Shown: positions 26,520 to 37,861 of the stretch, piece after piece
Numbering within the stretch: the stretch's first letter is position 1
Layout: each line of letters opens with the position of its first letter
Source: Blasia pusilla
Lineage: Eukaryota
NCBI GenBank assembly: GCA_050084515.1
Contig: CM114271.1
Coordinates: forward strand, 13,268,001 to 13,332,000
DNA: 64,000 bases
Reading direction: 5' to 3'
Made by a program: the position numbers and the translations under genes
Notes under the pieces: generated by a model
The model's database searches: none
Told to the model about the DNA's origin: nothing
The model's input: only the letters and a program-made list of their open reading frames with translations

Positions 26520-28500
26520 GGGTCATCACGGTGTCTTTTCAAGACTTTGAGAGGCAAGGTGATGGATTGGAGAGTAGCTCTAGAGGATTTACGCGGAGTG
26601 GCATGAGGTTTTGAGGGTCTCCACGTGCGGGGCCACCCTGACCTCCTTGTGTGTCATCTTTAGACAAGGAGGAGGGCGTGGAGGAGTTGAGTAGTGCTTT
26701 GCCACTCATATTGAGTAGTCCTACTACTTGGGCGTACGAGATGGACGATCGGGGTAGAGGACAGCGTAGGTGCAGTAGGCACGATAGAGTTGCACCACTT
26801 CATCACGGAGTTTAGGAGTTTGTGTGACTTGCACCAAGCTAGGAACTCTAGATAGTTCAACCCGTTTACAGCATGGAATGGTATGTTCCAGCATTTAGAG
26901 GGGGCGCCTATGGATGATTACCATGAGTTCTCCACAGATATGCCCAAGAGATTGAGGCATGATGACTCTACTATGACCCACACTATGTGTCATGGACGGA
27001 GCCGTTCCCATATGAAGGGGAGGAGTCAGGAGAGGCTACTTCCTCTTCCATCAATGATGTTTTAGGAGGGATAACTTGCACTATAGCAGTTGCACCATCC
27101 AAGCGGGTTCGTCCCATGTTCGACCCCATGGTTGAGTTCTTTGTTGAGTTCAGGGCGAGCTACCAGGGGGTATGGACGGAGAAGTTGCGGAGCATGCACG
27201 ACTCCTAGAGGCATGCTATCCACTCATGGTACGCGATGTTGGACCGGACCCTGCCGACACGGGTGCAGGAGGGGGTACTTCTTATGAACACCTCACCTAC
27301 ATTGAGTGATGTTTCTAGGACCGTCGAGAACATTGAGCACAACATGATGGAGGAGAGCGTAGCCACCATGGGTTCTGGGCGAGAGCAGTCACGATTGCTT
27401 GCATCACCAGTGTAGCAACGTGGACTCCAAGATAGGTTGACTGTGGCACCACGAGCTTAGGGAGGATACCGGAAGGCCATGCCATAGAGACCTACGCCTT
27501 CATATGCGGCTCAGCAGCACCCGCCTACGATTACTTGTTGGTCATGTAGTGGAGCCCATCATCAACGCGATTGCACTCTTCAGGATCATGGACGTGTGCC
27601 TTAGCATGGAGAGGAGATGGTGCTGCACCATGAGGTTATCAGTATGACTATTATCAGAGGTATGGTCACACACGCGCCAGGTGTTTCAGTTTATACCCTG
27701 AGTTACGTCTAGACCAAGGGCTAGAGAGGGCACCAGAGCAAGTAGCTGGTCCGGGTGGGCCTAGAGCTCACCCACCAAGTGGTCTCGTTGGGGGACGAGG
27801 AGCTGGAGTTGCCCGACAGGGTGGTGGAGTTGCCCATGGAGGAGGTAGAGTCCCACCACCTAGATGTGTCAAGGGAGACGCCGGACGTGAGGCTGGGATG
27901 GCTGCTCAGATACAGTAGCTACAAGAGTAGATTGCCGTTATGGCATTGAGATTACTTGATGTCGGATCCATGGCATCAACATCATATGGAGCAGCCAAAG
28001 ATATGGAGGATCCTGGTTGGATGTGCGGGGTTGCCCAGATGGAGGCCGCCGCACATGTGACGCGTGGAGTAGTTGCAGAGTTGGATCCACGACGAGGGGA
28101 AGCCAAGAAACAGACCATGCTTACTCAGTCTTTCACTTTGTCCAAGGCAATGAGGACCCTATCGATGGGTCTTGATTAGAGTTCCCAGAGAGTTGGTGAT
28201 GTTATTGGTGTGCAGACACGGAGGGAAATGGGAGAAACAAGTGCGACGACTCCTATTGCTGATGCTCACGAGGAGCATGTGTCGAGTATGATGTTGGGGG
28301 CATGATGGTGTACCGTACTCTGCTATTTTTTGCTTCCGATGTTATTTCATTGGGAGGTACGCCCTCTGAGGTGTTCTAGCTGGTCGCTACGCTATGTGAG
28401 TGTGGAGTTGGAGTTCTTACATCACGTTCAAAGATGATTGCAGAGGACGTGATGGACCTGCCCTTGGAGGAGATGCTCGGGCTGTCCACGTCAGATTCAT
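26520..28500 (+). pseudogene. Gag-like region of copy C
   Basis: ORF fragments 26883-27208 and 27755-28179 align with the gag of copy A; degenerate Zn knuckles at ~27535 and ~27645. Confidence 0.8.
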
Positions 28501-28971
28501 GGTAGGCTACGGTTGCTAGGATGGCAGAGATGCCCGTTAGACCCACGATAGAGCGTGCTATGGCTTCTCCTAGTATTTTGTTGTTGGATAACCAGGGAGA
28601 GGTCTTCTAGTTGGTGAGTCGCGGAGGTAGAGCTTTTAGTCCGCAGCGCGTCTTGTTGGATTTAGCAGCATTTAGTAGTGCCTTGACTTGGCCTAGTGAT
28701 TTGATTGAGGGACATGTCCATATAGAGGATACTTCTGTTCTTGACATTTCTATGGAGAGGAGTGTCATGTAGTCGCATCAATCCGTGGAGGAGTGGTATC
28801 GCTTTGGAGCTCGACTGAGGAGCTTTGACGCTTAGCCACTAAGCATGTGCAGACCGCGTGGAGCGAGACGTTTGCACCAGAGTGTGATGGGTCAGAGGAA
28901 CCCCAGGTAGGCAAGAATGCTACTATGACCCCTTTGGATACCTCCACGATTGTGTGGTGCATCCCAAAGCA

Positions 28972-29920
28972 GGGTATTCGGGTGTTGGATCTCTTTGGAG
29001 AGATCAACACTAGGCTAGTTGTTGTTTTGCATGCTGGAGTGCGCGTGCATAAGTACCAGTATGTGGAAATTGATGATGTTGCAAGGCGCGCTTCACTTCA
29101 CCATGTGGCATAGTAACGCCTCCGTTTTCCCAACTTGTTGTCTGCATCCGCTATTCAAGGTTACCAGAGTTCCCTACGAGGGACATTTCATTGTTGGGGG
29201 CACAGGCCTTGAGCAGGTAGGGACCATCCACTTTGCCATTGCTGGTTGGCCATGTTAGGGCCAGACGAGTGCTGGACGGGGTAGCGGATTAGCTGACTCT
29301 CAATCCATGTTGTTTTGGGAGATTATGCGGATCTTGCGACACTTGTAGGAGCATCAATGTCGTCCTCCAGCATACATTCTGGAGAATGTGCCAATTTCGG
29401 CCAATTCGAGGTCCCGTATGGTGATGAGTGCACATCAAGTGCGAACATGGATCGGCCCGACAGTTTTGTTGGATGTGGCGAGTGTGGGTTCAGGACCACA
29501 TCGCCGGCGTCTTTGGTGGACCAACTTGGTGCCACATGAGGTATTACGAAGGGCTTATGCGAGAGTGGAGCGTCCATCCGATTTGTTGGTGGATTCTATA
29601 TTGGATCCGGGCTGTCGATCATGGCCAGTGAGGCATGATGTTCGACCGCCATTGACTGTGGTTAACATGATTGGCATGCTACAAGCAGCCTTTCCCACAT
29701 TGGGTGAGTTTTCCTGCTTCCTATGCATTCAAGGAGGTCGGACGTGGCTTGGTTTGGGATGACCAGGTAAAGAGGTTGGTGGAGCCCAGCGCTGATGAGC
29801 AAGAGCAAGCGATGGGATTCCCCATAGGAGTGGCGGTAGTACCGTCACTATCAAAGGCATCACGATGTTATGTCTTGGGTTAGGCGATGGATCCGAACTG
29901 CTTGACATGGATTTTCAACT
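28972..29920 (+). pseudogene. C5 cytosine DNA methyltransferase domain (DNMT3-like) in copy C
   Basis: GIRVLDLFGEINT (I), YVEIDD (II), IAGWPC*G (IV), YILENVP (VI), PHRRRLWWTN (VIII), EQEQAMGFP (IX), RCYVLG*AMD (X). Confidence 0.9.
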
Positions 29921-30399
29921 TAGGAGTAGCTGAGCTGCGTCATTTGAGGATGCAACAAATCACAGTAGTTGCGTTGGTGAGCCCCATGCCTACTGAGACG
30001 GTTGAGGCAGTGGTTGAGGGCGAGACCCGAGGAGATTGACACACCAGGGGTGATCGGGAGAGAAACCCTTGGACTTCTTGCGATGTTTTGCAAGTATGCC
30101 ACGTGATGGTAGCCACAACATCAAGCGTGGTTTTGGGTACTGCACATGGAGATCAGATTTTGCAGTTGGCTACATGAGAGAAGTCAAGTTCCGTTGTTCG
30201 AGACAAGGTTGCATCATAGCAACCACCTACACCCACACCGGAGAGTGCTACCGTAGTCACGATGAAGACTTGGGAGCCAAATATGGGCCCTAAGATGACA
30301 CGAGGAGAGCGGCGTCGGATACATCAATTCCTGAGGAGTTATAGGAGATGTTTTGCATTTAGCATATAGGATTTGGGTACGATGCAGGGTCCAGGGATC

Positions 30400-31680
30400 C
30401 GCATCGAGTGACACGCCGATCTTGTGACGACCCTACAAGTACAGTGACATGGAGAGGGCTCTGATTCAAAGTAGGAGCCAAGACTTGGTTGGAGCAGGAC
30501 TAGTAGAGATGTCGCATGGAGAGTATACATCTGCCACTTTCATGCCAGCCAAGAAGGATGTGCATGGCAACTAGACGGATAGGCGGATGTGTGGAGATTA
30601 CCGACCTATCAATTGGCAGACAAAGTCTGATAGGTATGCCATGCCCACCCTTGAGGAGATCTGTGATGTTATTGGGCAAGCAAATGTCTTCTGTTCGTTA
30701 GATCTTCGAGCTGTATACCATTAGCTGCCTATCACATTGGAGGACAGGCAAAAGACGGCATTTTGAGGTATCGATCCTTACGGGAAGGATTGTTTGTACC
30801 TGTGGCGGTTCTTACCATTTGGGTTAAAGAATGCCCCGGCTGAGTTTCAGAGGATCATGGATAGGATCTTAGCAGGTCTGAATTTTGCTAGGTATTACAT
30901 TGATGACAATGTAGCCTTTAGCGCCACGGTTGAGGAGCATGAGCGACGTCTAGAGGAGGTGTTTCGACGATTGCAGTTACATGGGTTGAAGCTACATCCA
31001 GGCAAGTGCAAGTTCTTCTACGACCAGATTGAGTACCTGGATCATACAATATACCCAAGGAGCCTTGGTGTGTAGCGACAAAGGTAGAGGCTACTTCACG
31101 CATTCCACGCCCTAGAGATGTGAATCGAGTTCGTGCATTCATGAGATTGGCGAACTTCTATCGACGGTACGTCAAAGGTTTCAATTCGATTCCAAAGCTG
31201 CTAACCTTGTTGACCAAGGTGGATTAGAAGTGGCACTGGGGGATGAGTAGGAGAGAGCATTTCAGCTGCTCAAGGATGTCTGCGCCCATATTGAGGAGAT
31301 CGATCAGGGGCGCCCTTTTCAGTCGCATACCGATTGGAGCATGTTGGGGCTTGGAGCTATGCTCACCCAACATGACGAGGATGGTAGAGATTTTGTAGTG
31401 GCTTATGCTAGTCGCTCGAACAATGTTGTAGAGACAAAGTATAGCTCGTATGAGGGTGAGTGCTTGGTTGCAGTGTGGGTTGTTGCACATTTTAGATGTT
31501 ATGTATTCGCCAATCCCTTTACCATCATTACTGATCATCAGCCACTTAAGTGGTTGATGGAGTCTGATAAGCTTACAGGAAAGCTTGCGAGGTGGGCTCT
31601 TTTGTTGCAGGAGTATGACTTTCAGGTGGTGCATAGACCTGGGATGCTCAACTAGGATGTAGATTGTTAGAGCCGTAAGC
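30400..31680 (+). pseudogene. Reverse transcriptase and RNase H of copy C
   Basis: MPAKKD...RMCGDYRPIN...DRYAMPTLEEI, LPFGLKNAPAEFQR, YIDD (30896-30907). RNase H: TDWSMLGLGAML, YASRSNN, YSSYEGECL, ITDHQPLKWL. Confidence 0.93.
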
Positions 31681-32069
31681 CATGCTCAAGTTAGCGAGAT
31701 GCGACTGGAGCTCGTTGGCATGATGAGAGTGATGAGGAGTTGGTGCCAAGATGGCACGCGTCAGCCTATTTGGGCTTGTTGGCTATGGACAGCCAGACTG
31801 CTGAGACTTTGATGGCGAGGTTTGATGGAGAGTCCTTAGATCCAAAGGCCAATGAGGAGACGACAGGTGGCCGAGACATTCATGACGATGCAATGGTCTT
31901 GGAGTACGTGCGTACTGGCAGCGCCGCGAGCACAATGGATGGTAGAGAGCGGGATCGGATCCTACAGCAAGCTAGACAGTTCCGATGGGAGGGGACACAT
32001 GTGTTGCGAGTGTGGGAGGATGGTAGAGTGCGTGTAGTGCCTCATCCTTCGCAAAGAGCAGGTTTGGTG

Positions 32070-32960
32070 CGTCATGCCCATGAGGGGTTGGGTCATTTTG
32101 GAGTGAAGCGGACGTACAACTTGCTCTAGATTCAGTATTGGTGGCGAGGCATGCACATTGACGTTCAGCAGCTTGTTGCTAGATGCATGGTGTGTGACCG
32201 AGCCCAGGAATCGTTCGATGCTCTGACTCCATAGTTGCATCCACTTTCGATTATGGGTTTAGGTTATAGATGGAGTTTGGATTTTGTAGGACCTTTATCT
32301 TTAACAGAGCGTCATAGTCGTTTTGTGTTGGTGATGGTTGACCACTTCTCCAAGTGGATATAGTTGGTTGCATTTCCTGACAAAGCGAGTGAGGGAGTAG
32401 TATATGCATTCCTAGATTGGGTTCTAAGTCATTACGGCGCATCAGCTGAGGTGTTGACAGACCAGGATACAGAATTCCACAGGGAGTTTCAGGCCTTGGG
32501 TGATCAGGCATTGATCGACCACCGCACTACTTCGCGAGATCATCCTGAGGCGGATGGACTAGCAGAGCGGGTTGTGCTGAGAGGATTACGCAAGTATGGC
32601 TTGCAGAGAGGTCACCTAGGAGATTCGGACCTTCAGTTGTCGTGGTTGGCGATGGGATATAGATTTAGCATGCAAGCATCCTTAACGTCTTTCTCATCGT
32701 ACTTGGTGCTTTATGGCTGTGAGCCAGATTTACGTATGGCTATTCTTCGAGATGTTGGTGAGGTGTTGAACCTTGATGACCTTGATGTATGGATGAGAAT
32801 ATGTTCATAAGGGGTTGAGTTGTTCCGGAGAATAATGCCCATGGCGTTTGAGAACTTGGCGATTGCGTAGCATCAGGATACATTAAGGTATGCGACTATT
32901 CGGGAGGGTGGTTATCGACCTACTATCCGGAGATTTCATCAAGGAGACTATGTCTACTAG
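32070..32960 (+). pseudogene. DDE integrase of copy C
   Basis: HHCC motif (HAHEGLGHFG...CMVC), WSLDFVG, VLTDQDTEF, DGLAERVV. Confidence 0.92.
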
Positions 32961-33167
32961 CAGCAGATGGCACCCACAATATTGGATGTGACTGCATGGC
33001 ACACCATCTTTAGAGTGCGTGAGGTTTTGCCATCAAGTGTTCTCTTATTGGAGGGACGTGATGGTATAGTTTGGAAGGACCATGTGCGTAACTGTGTGCC
33101 GTGTCACCTTCCGAACATTGACGGTATAGTTGATCCGAGCTTAGCTGTAGTTCTTGCATGCTTGCGA

Positions 33168-33302
33168 TGTATGTTGTGTGGTTCTGCTCGTGGTGCAGCC
33201 ACTATGCAAGTCTGTGATGGATGTTCGAGAGGATGGCATATGGCATGCTTGACGCCACCTCTCACTAGGGTTCCTCAAGGACGATGGATATGTCCCAAAT
33301 GT
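33168..33302 (+). other. PHD finger (C4HC3) at the integrase C-terminus of copy C
   Basis: CMLCGSARGAATMQVCDGCSRGWHMACLTPPLTRVPQGRWICPKC. Confidence 0.92.
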
Positions 33303-33487
33303 ACATAAAGTAGGTAGTTCTATATTCCGACTTGTGTTTGTGACATGGATGACAAGAAGGCGACTAATGATGGGGCCACATGAGCACCCGCCCTTTTTGC
33401 TCTTAGTGTCCGAGAGATGTATGTCATTGTACGTAGGGATAGATGGTTATCTGGAGTTAGAGAGACCTAACCACCAACTAGGGGGGC

Positions 33488-33617
33488 AATTGGAGATATT
33501 TTGGTACTTCTTGTCTCATTTTTTTGGATGCCATGAGTTAGCATGGGATCGTGCGTGTTTGTGTGTATGTTCGGTGACAACTATGTATGTTGTGTAGCGA
33601 TGTGTATGCGCACGACA
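33488..33617 (+). repeat. Terminal repeat B1 (130 bp)
   Basis: Directly follows the PPT-like tract; closely repeated at 34043-34173; ends CACGACA. Confidence 0.9.
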
Positions 33618-33619
33618 GT

Positions 33620-34043
33620 TGTCATGTCTTTTAGGATAGATCAGTAGTAGGTTTTTCCTTCGTTTCGGCTAATTTGGAGCCATATTGAGAAACTTACTAT
33701 TTTAGGTAAGTACAATTTTGAGTTTATGGTCAACTTTCTATTTTTTGTAAATGGACCTTGACCTCCTACATCAGGTCAAGTGCCAAGGAGGTGACTTGGG
33801 AGCATAGGTTACCATGAAGAGAGCCTGGAAGAGGGGAGGATATACCTCAAGGAAGGAGCTTGAGAGCTCATTCTCTCTTTGTTGCCTCTTGACATGAGGC
33901 GGCAGAGCTATGGTCTTGCTTGCCTTGTGTGTGTAACCCAAGCCTCTCATTAGGAGAGTGGATTTGGTTTGACATTGAGAGAGACATATGAGAGTGCACA
34001 GATTTGAGAGCTATGGTGTTGAGAGAGATTAGATCTTGATTTA
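33620..34043 (+). repeat. Terminal repeat A2 (copy of 24378-24890 with an ~90-bp internal deletion)
   Basis: TGTCATGTCTTTTAGGATAGATC...CCTTCGTTTCGGCT...GAGAGATTAGATCTTGATTTA aligns with the left end of C. Confidence 0.9.
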
Positions 34044-34173
34044 ATTGGAGATATTTTGGTACTTCTTGTCTCGTTGTTTGGATGCCATGAGTTAGCATGG
34101 GATCATGCGTGTTTGTGTGTGTGTGTTCGATGACAACGATGTATGTTTTGTAGCGATGTGCATGCACACGACA
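34043..34173 (+). repeat. Terminal repeat B2
   Basis: AATTGGAGATATTTTGGTACTTCTTGTCTC...CACGACA, a copy of B1. Confidence 0.9.
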
Positions 34174-34758
34174 ACTTGTACGTATGAATGATTGGCGCCG
34201 ACTACCTTCACTAGAAGAATGGGTCTTGACGAAACATCATATATCCTTGTACCTATACTCTTTGATAAAAATATACCGAATATGAGAAGTCTATATTTGA
34301 AAATTTTATTTGAACGAGAGAAGGATAGACATTACAATCAATACCATACAAAAGTCGTGGAGATTAACCGCCCCATCAAATAGGGAATATCCCTAAGTTT
34401 GGATATTATAACAAAACATGGTTTTCTAAAACTTAGCATTTTTAAAAAACTCAATGTTTTAAAATTTTGTACAATTTAAATGTGAAAGTTATTCATAAAC
34501 TCTAATAATAATCTGAAAATAAAAAATATCTGAAATTACATATTTCCTTGTAGATACCTTCAACTTTTTGAAATTTATTTTGACCTAAACTAATATTACT
34601 TTTGAAATCTGTGTAGATGTGGTCAGATTCATGCGCGCATTTATGGATTATAGATCAGATTTTATCTAATATTAGAACTGAGGGTTGCGAGATTTTTTCG
34701 CTCAAACACTGACGTCCTTTTCATTAAATTTATTATATGTATATATTTATTCCGAAAT

Positions 34759-34792
34759 TTTATCTTTCTCCCCTGCAGGGGAGAAAGATAAA
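34759..34792. repeat. Perfect 34-bp palindrome
   Basis: TTTATCTTTCTCCCCTG|CAGGGGAGAAAGATAAA. Confidence 0.95.
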
Positions 34793-35810
34793 TTTGACGG
34801 GATCGGGTCATTATTACATCCCGTGACTCCAGCAGCCACAAATATCATCAACTTTTGATATCAAAGTGGAATCTGCTACCGATACGAACACGCGTCCTCA
34901 CATTTAAGACCCCACGTGTCATCGCCAACTAGCCGAGATTTATGGTACACCCTGAGAATTTCAACACTGGGGGTCGTCCGCCTCCACGTAAGGGAATAGA
35001 ACGGGGCCATAGTGGCCGCCTTTTACGTCGTTACAGCTGAAGGTGCTCCTATGAAGACACCATAGGAATTAGGTGAGGACTGATGAGAAAATATGCGGCC
35101 CTTTTTTCCTTACGGTGTAGAGAGAGAAACTTGGACGGGAAGGGGGGAAAATTATTTTACAGAAAGAGAGAAAAAAAGGGGATAATGCCTAACACGGAAA
35201 GAATTTTTGTGGACATTTGGATAAAAATACTAGCATTGAGAAACGAATGTGTGATAAATACAGAGAAAACCTTATCACGAGGTGTTGACAACTGCCCATT
35301 TACGGTTTTTTTAATTGTTGACACCTATCCACCTAAGGTCCTTCTATTGTTAACAAGTGTCAATTAAAAGTAATTAAAATAAAGGGTAAACTTGTCACTT
35401 GTGCGTACTTAGTTTAGTGGTAATACAAATTTGTATAGAGGTTGGAAGAGGTGCAATCTTATGTAAATAAACATCCTCCTATATACATAATCTAGAATTC
35501 TAATATTAATAATATGAACCTTGTGTTAAAGAATCTTCCTTGTCAAGAGAGGATTCACTTCTTCAGAAAATTTAAAAGAAGTATCTAAAAAAGTCACCCT
35601 TTCTCTTTATATTCCATTATAGATAAGTAAGCGCCCTTGCTTAAGTATGGGCCTATCATGTTTTTCTACTTTACAACACCATTCAATGAAATCTTAGAGT
35701 CCTCCATGTCTCTAAATTATACTATTTGTCTCTCTTAATCCTAAAATCTACTCTTCAATTTTATGAGAGACTAGCGCAACAATGTTGAAGCTCTAAAAGT
35801 TCAATTCTTA

Positions 35811-36020
35811 CTAGCAAGGTGCAAGGGAAATAAAAAAAAGTGTTTGAAGAGCTTTTTTTAGTGTATAGCCCATAAGGGAAGGGATTAATGATGCCACACA
35901 CAATTTCAATTTTTTTTTCTTGCTGCCGATATAAGGAGAAATTTTTTTACTGCCCAGTTGTCACGTGTCAAACATAAAATTATTTGCCAAAAAGAAATTG
36001 CATTCTCCCATAAAAATATA
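35811..36020 (-). mobile_element. Short Helitron-like non-autonomous repeat
   Basis: Homologous to 36144-36353 and 53323-53545; begins at CTAG, the 3' end on the minus strand. Confidence 0.55.
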
Positions 36021-36143
36021 AATTTCTATAAAAATGGAAGGAATCAACTCTAATCTTAAAGCGTCAACTTATTATTTTCAAATGGAGTTTTTTTAAAGCG
36101 TAGGAATACAAAAAATTAATGCCCTCTCTTACTATTATAAGTA

Positions 36144-37110
36144 CTAGTAAGGTGCACGGGAAATAAAAAGTGTTTGAAAAAGTTTTGTTACTGTATAGCG
36201 TGTGAAGGGAAGGGATTAATGATGTTGCACACAGATTCAAACTTTTCTCTTGCTGCTCGTATAAGGAGAAACATTTTCTTGCCGCCTAGTTGCCATGTGT
36301 CAAACATAGAAGTGTTTGCAAATCAAAGAGGCACTCTCCCGTAATAATATAGATGTTGCCCGTGCCATGCACGCCTAACACAGTTTCCTGAGTAGAATGA
36401 CTTAAAAACAAGTGTCGATGATATTTTAAAAAAATTTTACTTAAAATTCTAAAATATATTTAATTTCAAAATTTAAGTATAATTTTCACTTTTATAAATC
36501 TTAAAAGAGTAAGAAAATCATGTTGAGATAACATCCATCTCCCCTAAATAATTACATTACCCCCTAAAAGTTCCAAAAATAATTTTTCTTCCCCTTCCAC
36601 TCTTTCCACGAAAATCACATTCACTTTAATGATTTTTAATGATTTTTAATTATTATTTTTTTCCTTTTTCATTCAAATTCATTTTCCTTTCCCAAAATAT
36701 CACATGTCAATTAACACGATTAATTTTAAAATAATCACATCATTCATTTCAAATTTTAAATATAATTACTATTTTTCTAAAATCTTAAAAGAGCAATAAC
36801 ATTTCACTCTTCTCAGTAATTAGAGTACTCCATTCACATTTAAATGATATTCCAATCCCTTAAATAATTTTACCCTTCCATAAAATTTAATTTATTCCTT
36901 CTCCACTAAAATTTATTTTCCTTTTTCATCACATGAAAAATTAAGACATAAATTCTAAATTTTTTAACATAATTATTCTATTTTCTTAATATTATAATAA
37001 TCAATTATAATATTAAATAAATTATTAATTAAAATATTTATCTATTCCATTCAAATCCCTATGGGTTTTTCTACCCATCCCGTCCCGGTACCCCTACCAT
37101 GCCACATGTT
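36144..37110 (-). mobile_element. Helitron-like non-autonomous repeat, copy 1
   Basis: AT-rich ~950-bp direct repeat of 53323-54270; CTAG|T end on the minus strand; internal A|TCTATATTATT 5'-type end at ~36353. Confidence 0.6.
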
Positions 37111-37861
37111 GAAGACTACGTGTCAAAGTTATGGGGTAGTGGTAGGGGCCGTAAAGAGAGGCAGAACTATGAGTTTTTTTTTTACTTCTGAATACTTTTG
37201 AAATTTGTCTTTAATGTTTGAAAGTAACAGCGGTGCTGATAATGCTCCTGTGGACCCACCGATCAGGATGATGCGAATGGGGGTTCCTAGTACTTCCTAC
37301 GCCAAAGTCTCTTGCGTACTCTTGGATTGACAGATGTTTCTACAGATCGAGACTAAGCATAGTAGATTTGAAGGTAGACCGAGCAACCATAGCTTTGAGG
37401 TATTTGCCAGTCTTTTCCAGATTAAACATTTCTGCACAGGAGGATAGAAAACATACATCCGGGATTGTGCGGCGCGAGCCCATCTGAGTCGAGCCATGGC
37501 CTCCAGATTCCAAGCGGAAGGTTGCTTGCGATCTGGTTATCTTGCCAGCGACGGGAATCGTGCGCGATGTCCCTTTGCCGCTGGTGGAGATGGATCTTAA
37601 GCAGAATACGTGTACATGAGTATGTGCCGTATAGATCTTGATTCTAATGACATCGAGTACGAAGGAGGATGATCTTAGTTCTAGACAACCCTACAGCTAA
37701 AATAGATATTCAATTTGATCGACAACTTTCCGCAGGGCCGCCTTAATCCTGCAATCGACAATAGTGGTGACTTCAATAGTTTCCAGGACTGTCAATCCGT
37801 ACTTTGTGATTGATAGGCCCATCAACTGTAGTGAATTAGATCTTGTCATCCTGGTTCCATA

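Larger units (their letters stand above)
24378..34173 (+). mobile_element. Near full-length DNMT- and PHD-carrying Ty3/Gypsy copy C, including terminal B-A-B repeats
   Basis: Starts TGTCACGTC and carries gag, DNMT, RT, RNase H, integrase and PHD in order. PPT-like AGGGGGGC at 33480-33487; ends CACGACA at 33617 and again at 34173. Protease largely deleted at ~28660. Confidence 0.92.

Noticed and set aside
33488-34173. B1-A2-B2 read as an independent TRIM, with B as a conventional LTR
   Set aside because: Copies A and C have no B upstream of their left ends, and there is no PBS after B1 or PPT before B2. It remains only an alternative reading.
34209-34220. CACTAGAAGAAT, resembling a CACTA terminus
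   Set aside because: No subterminal repeats or matching partner end downstream.
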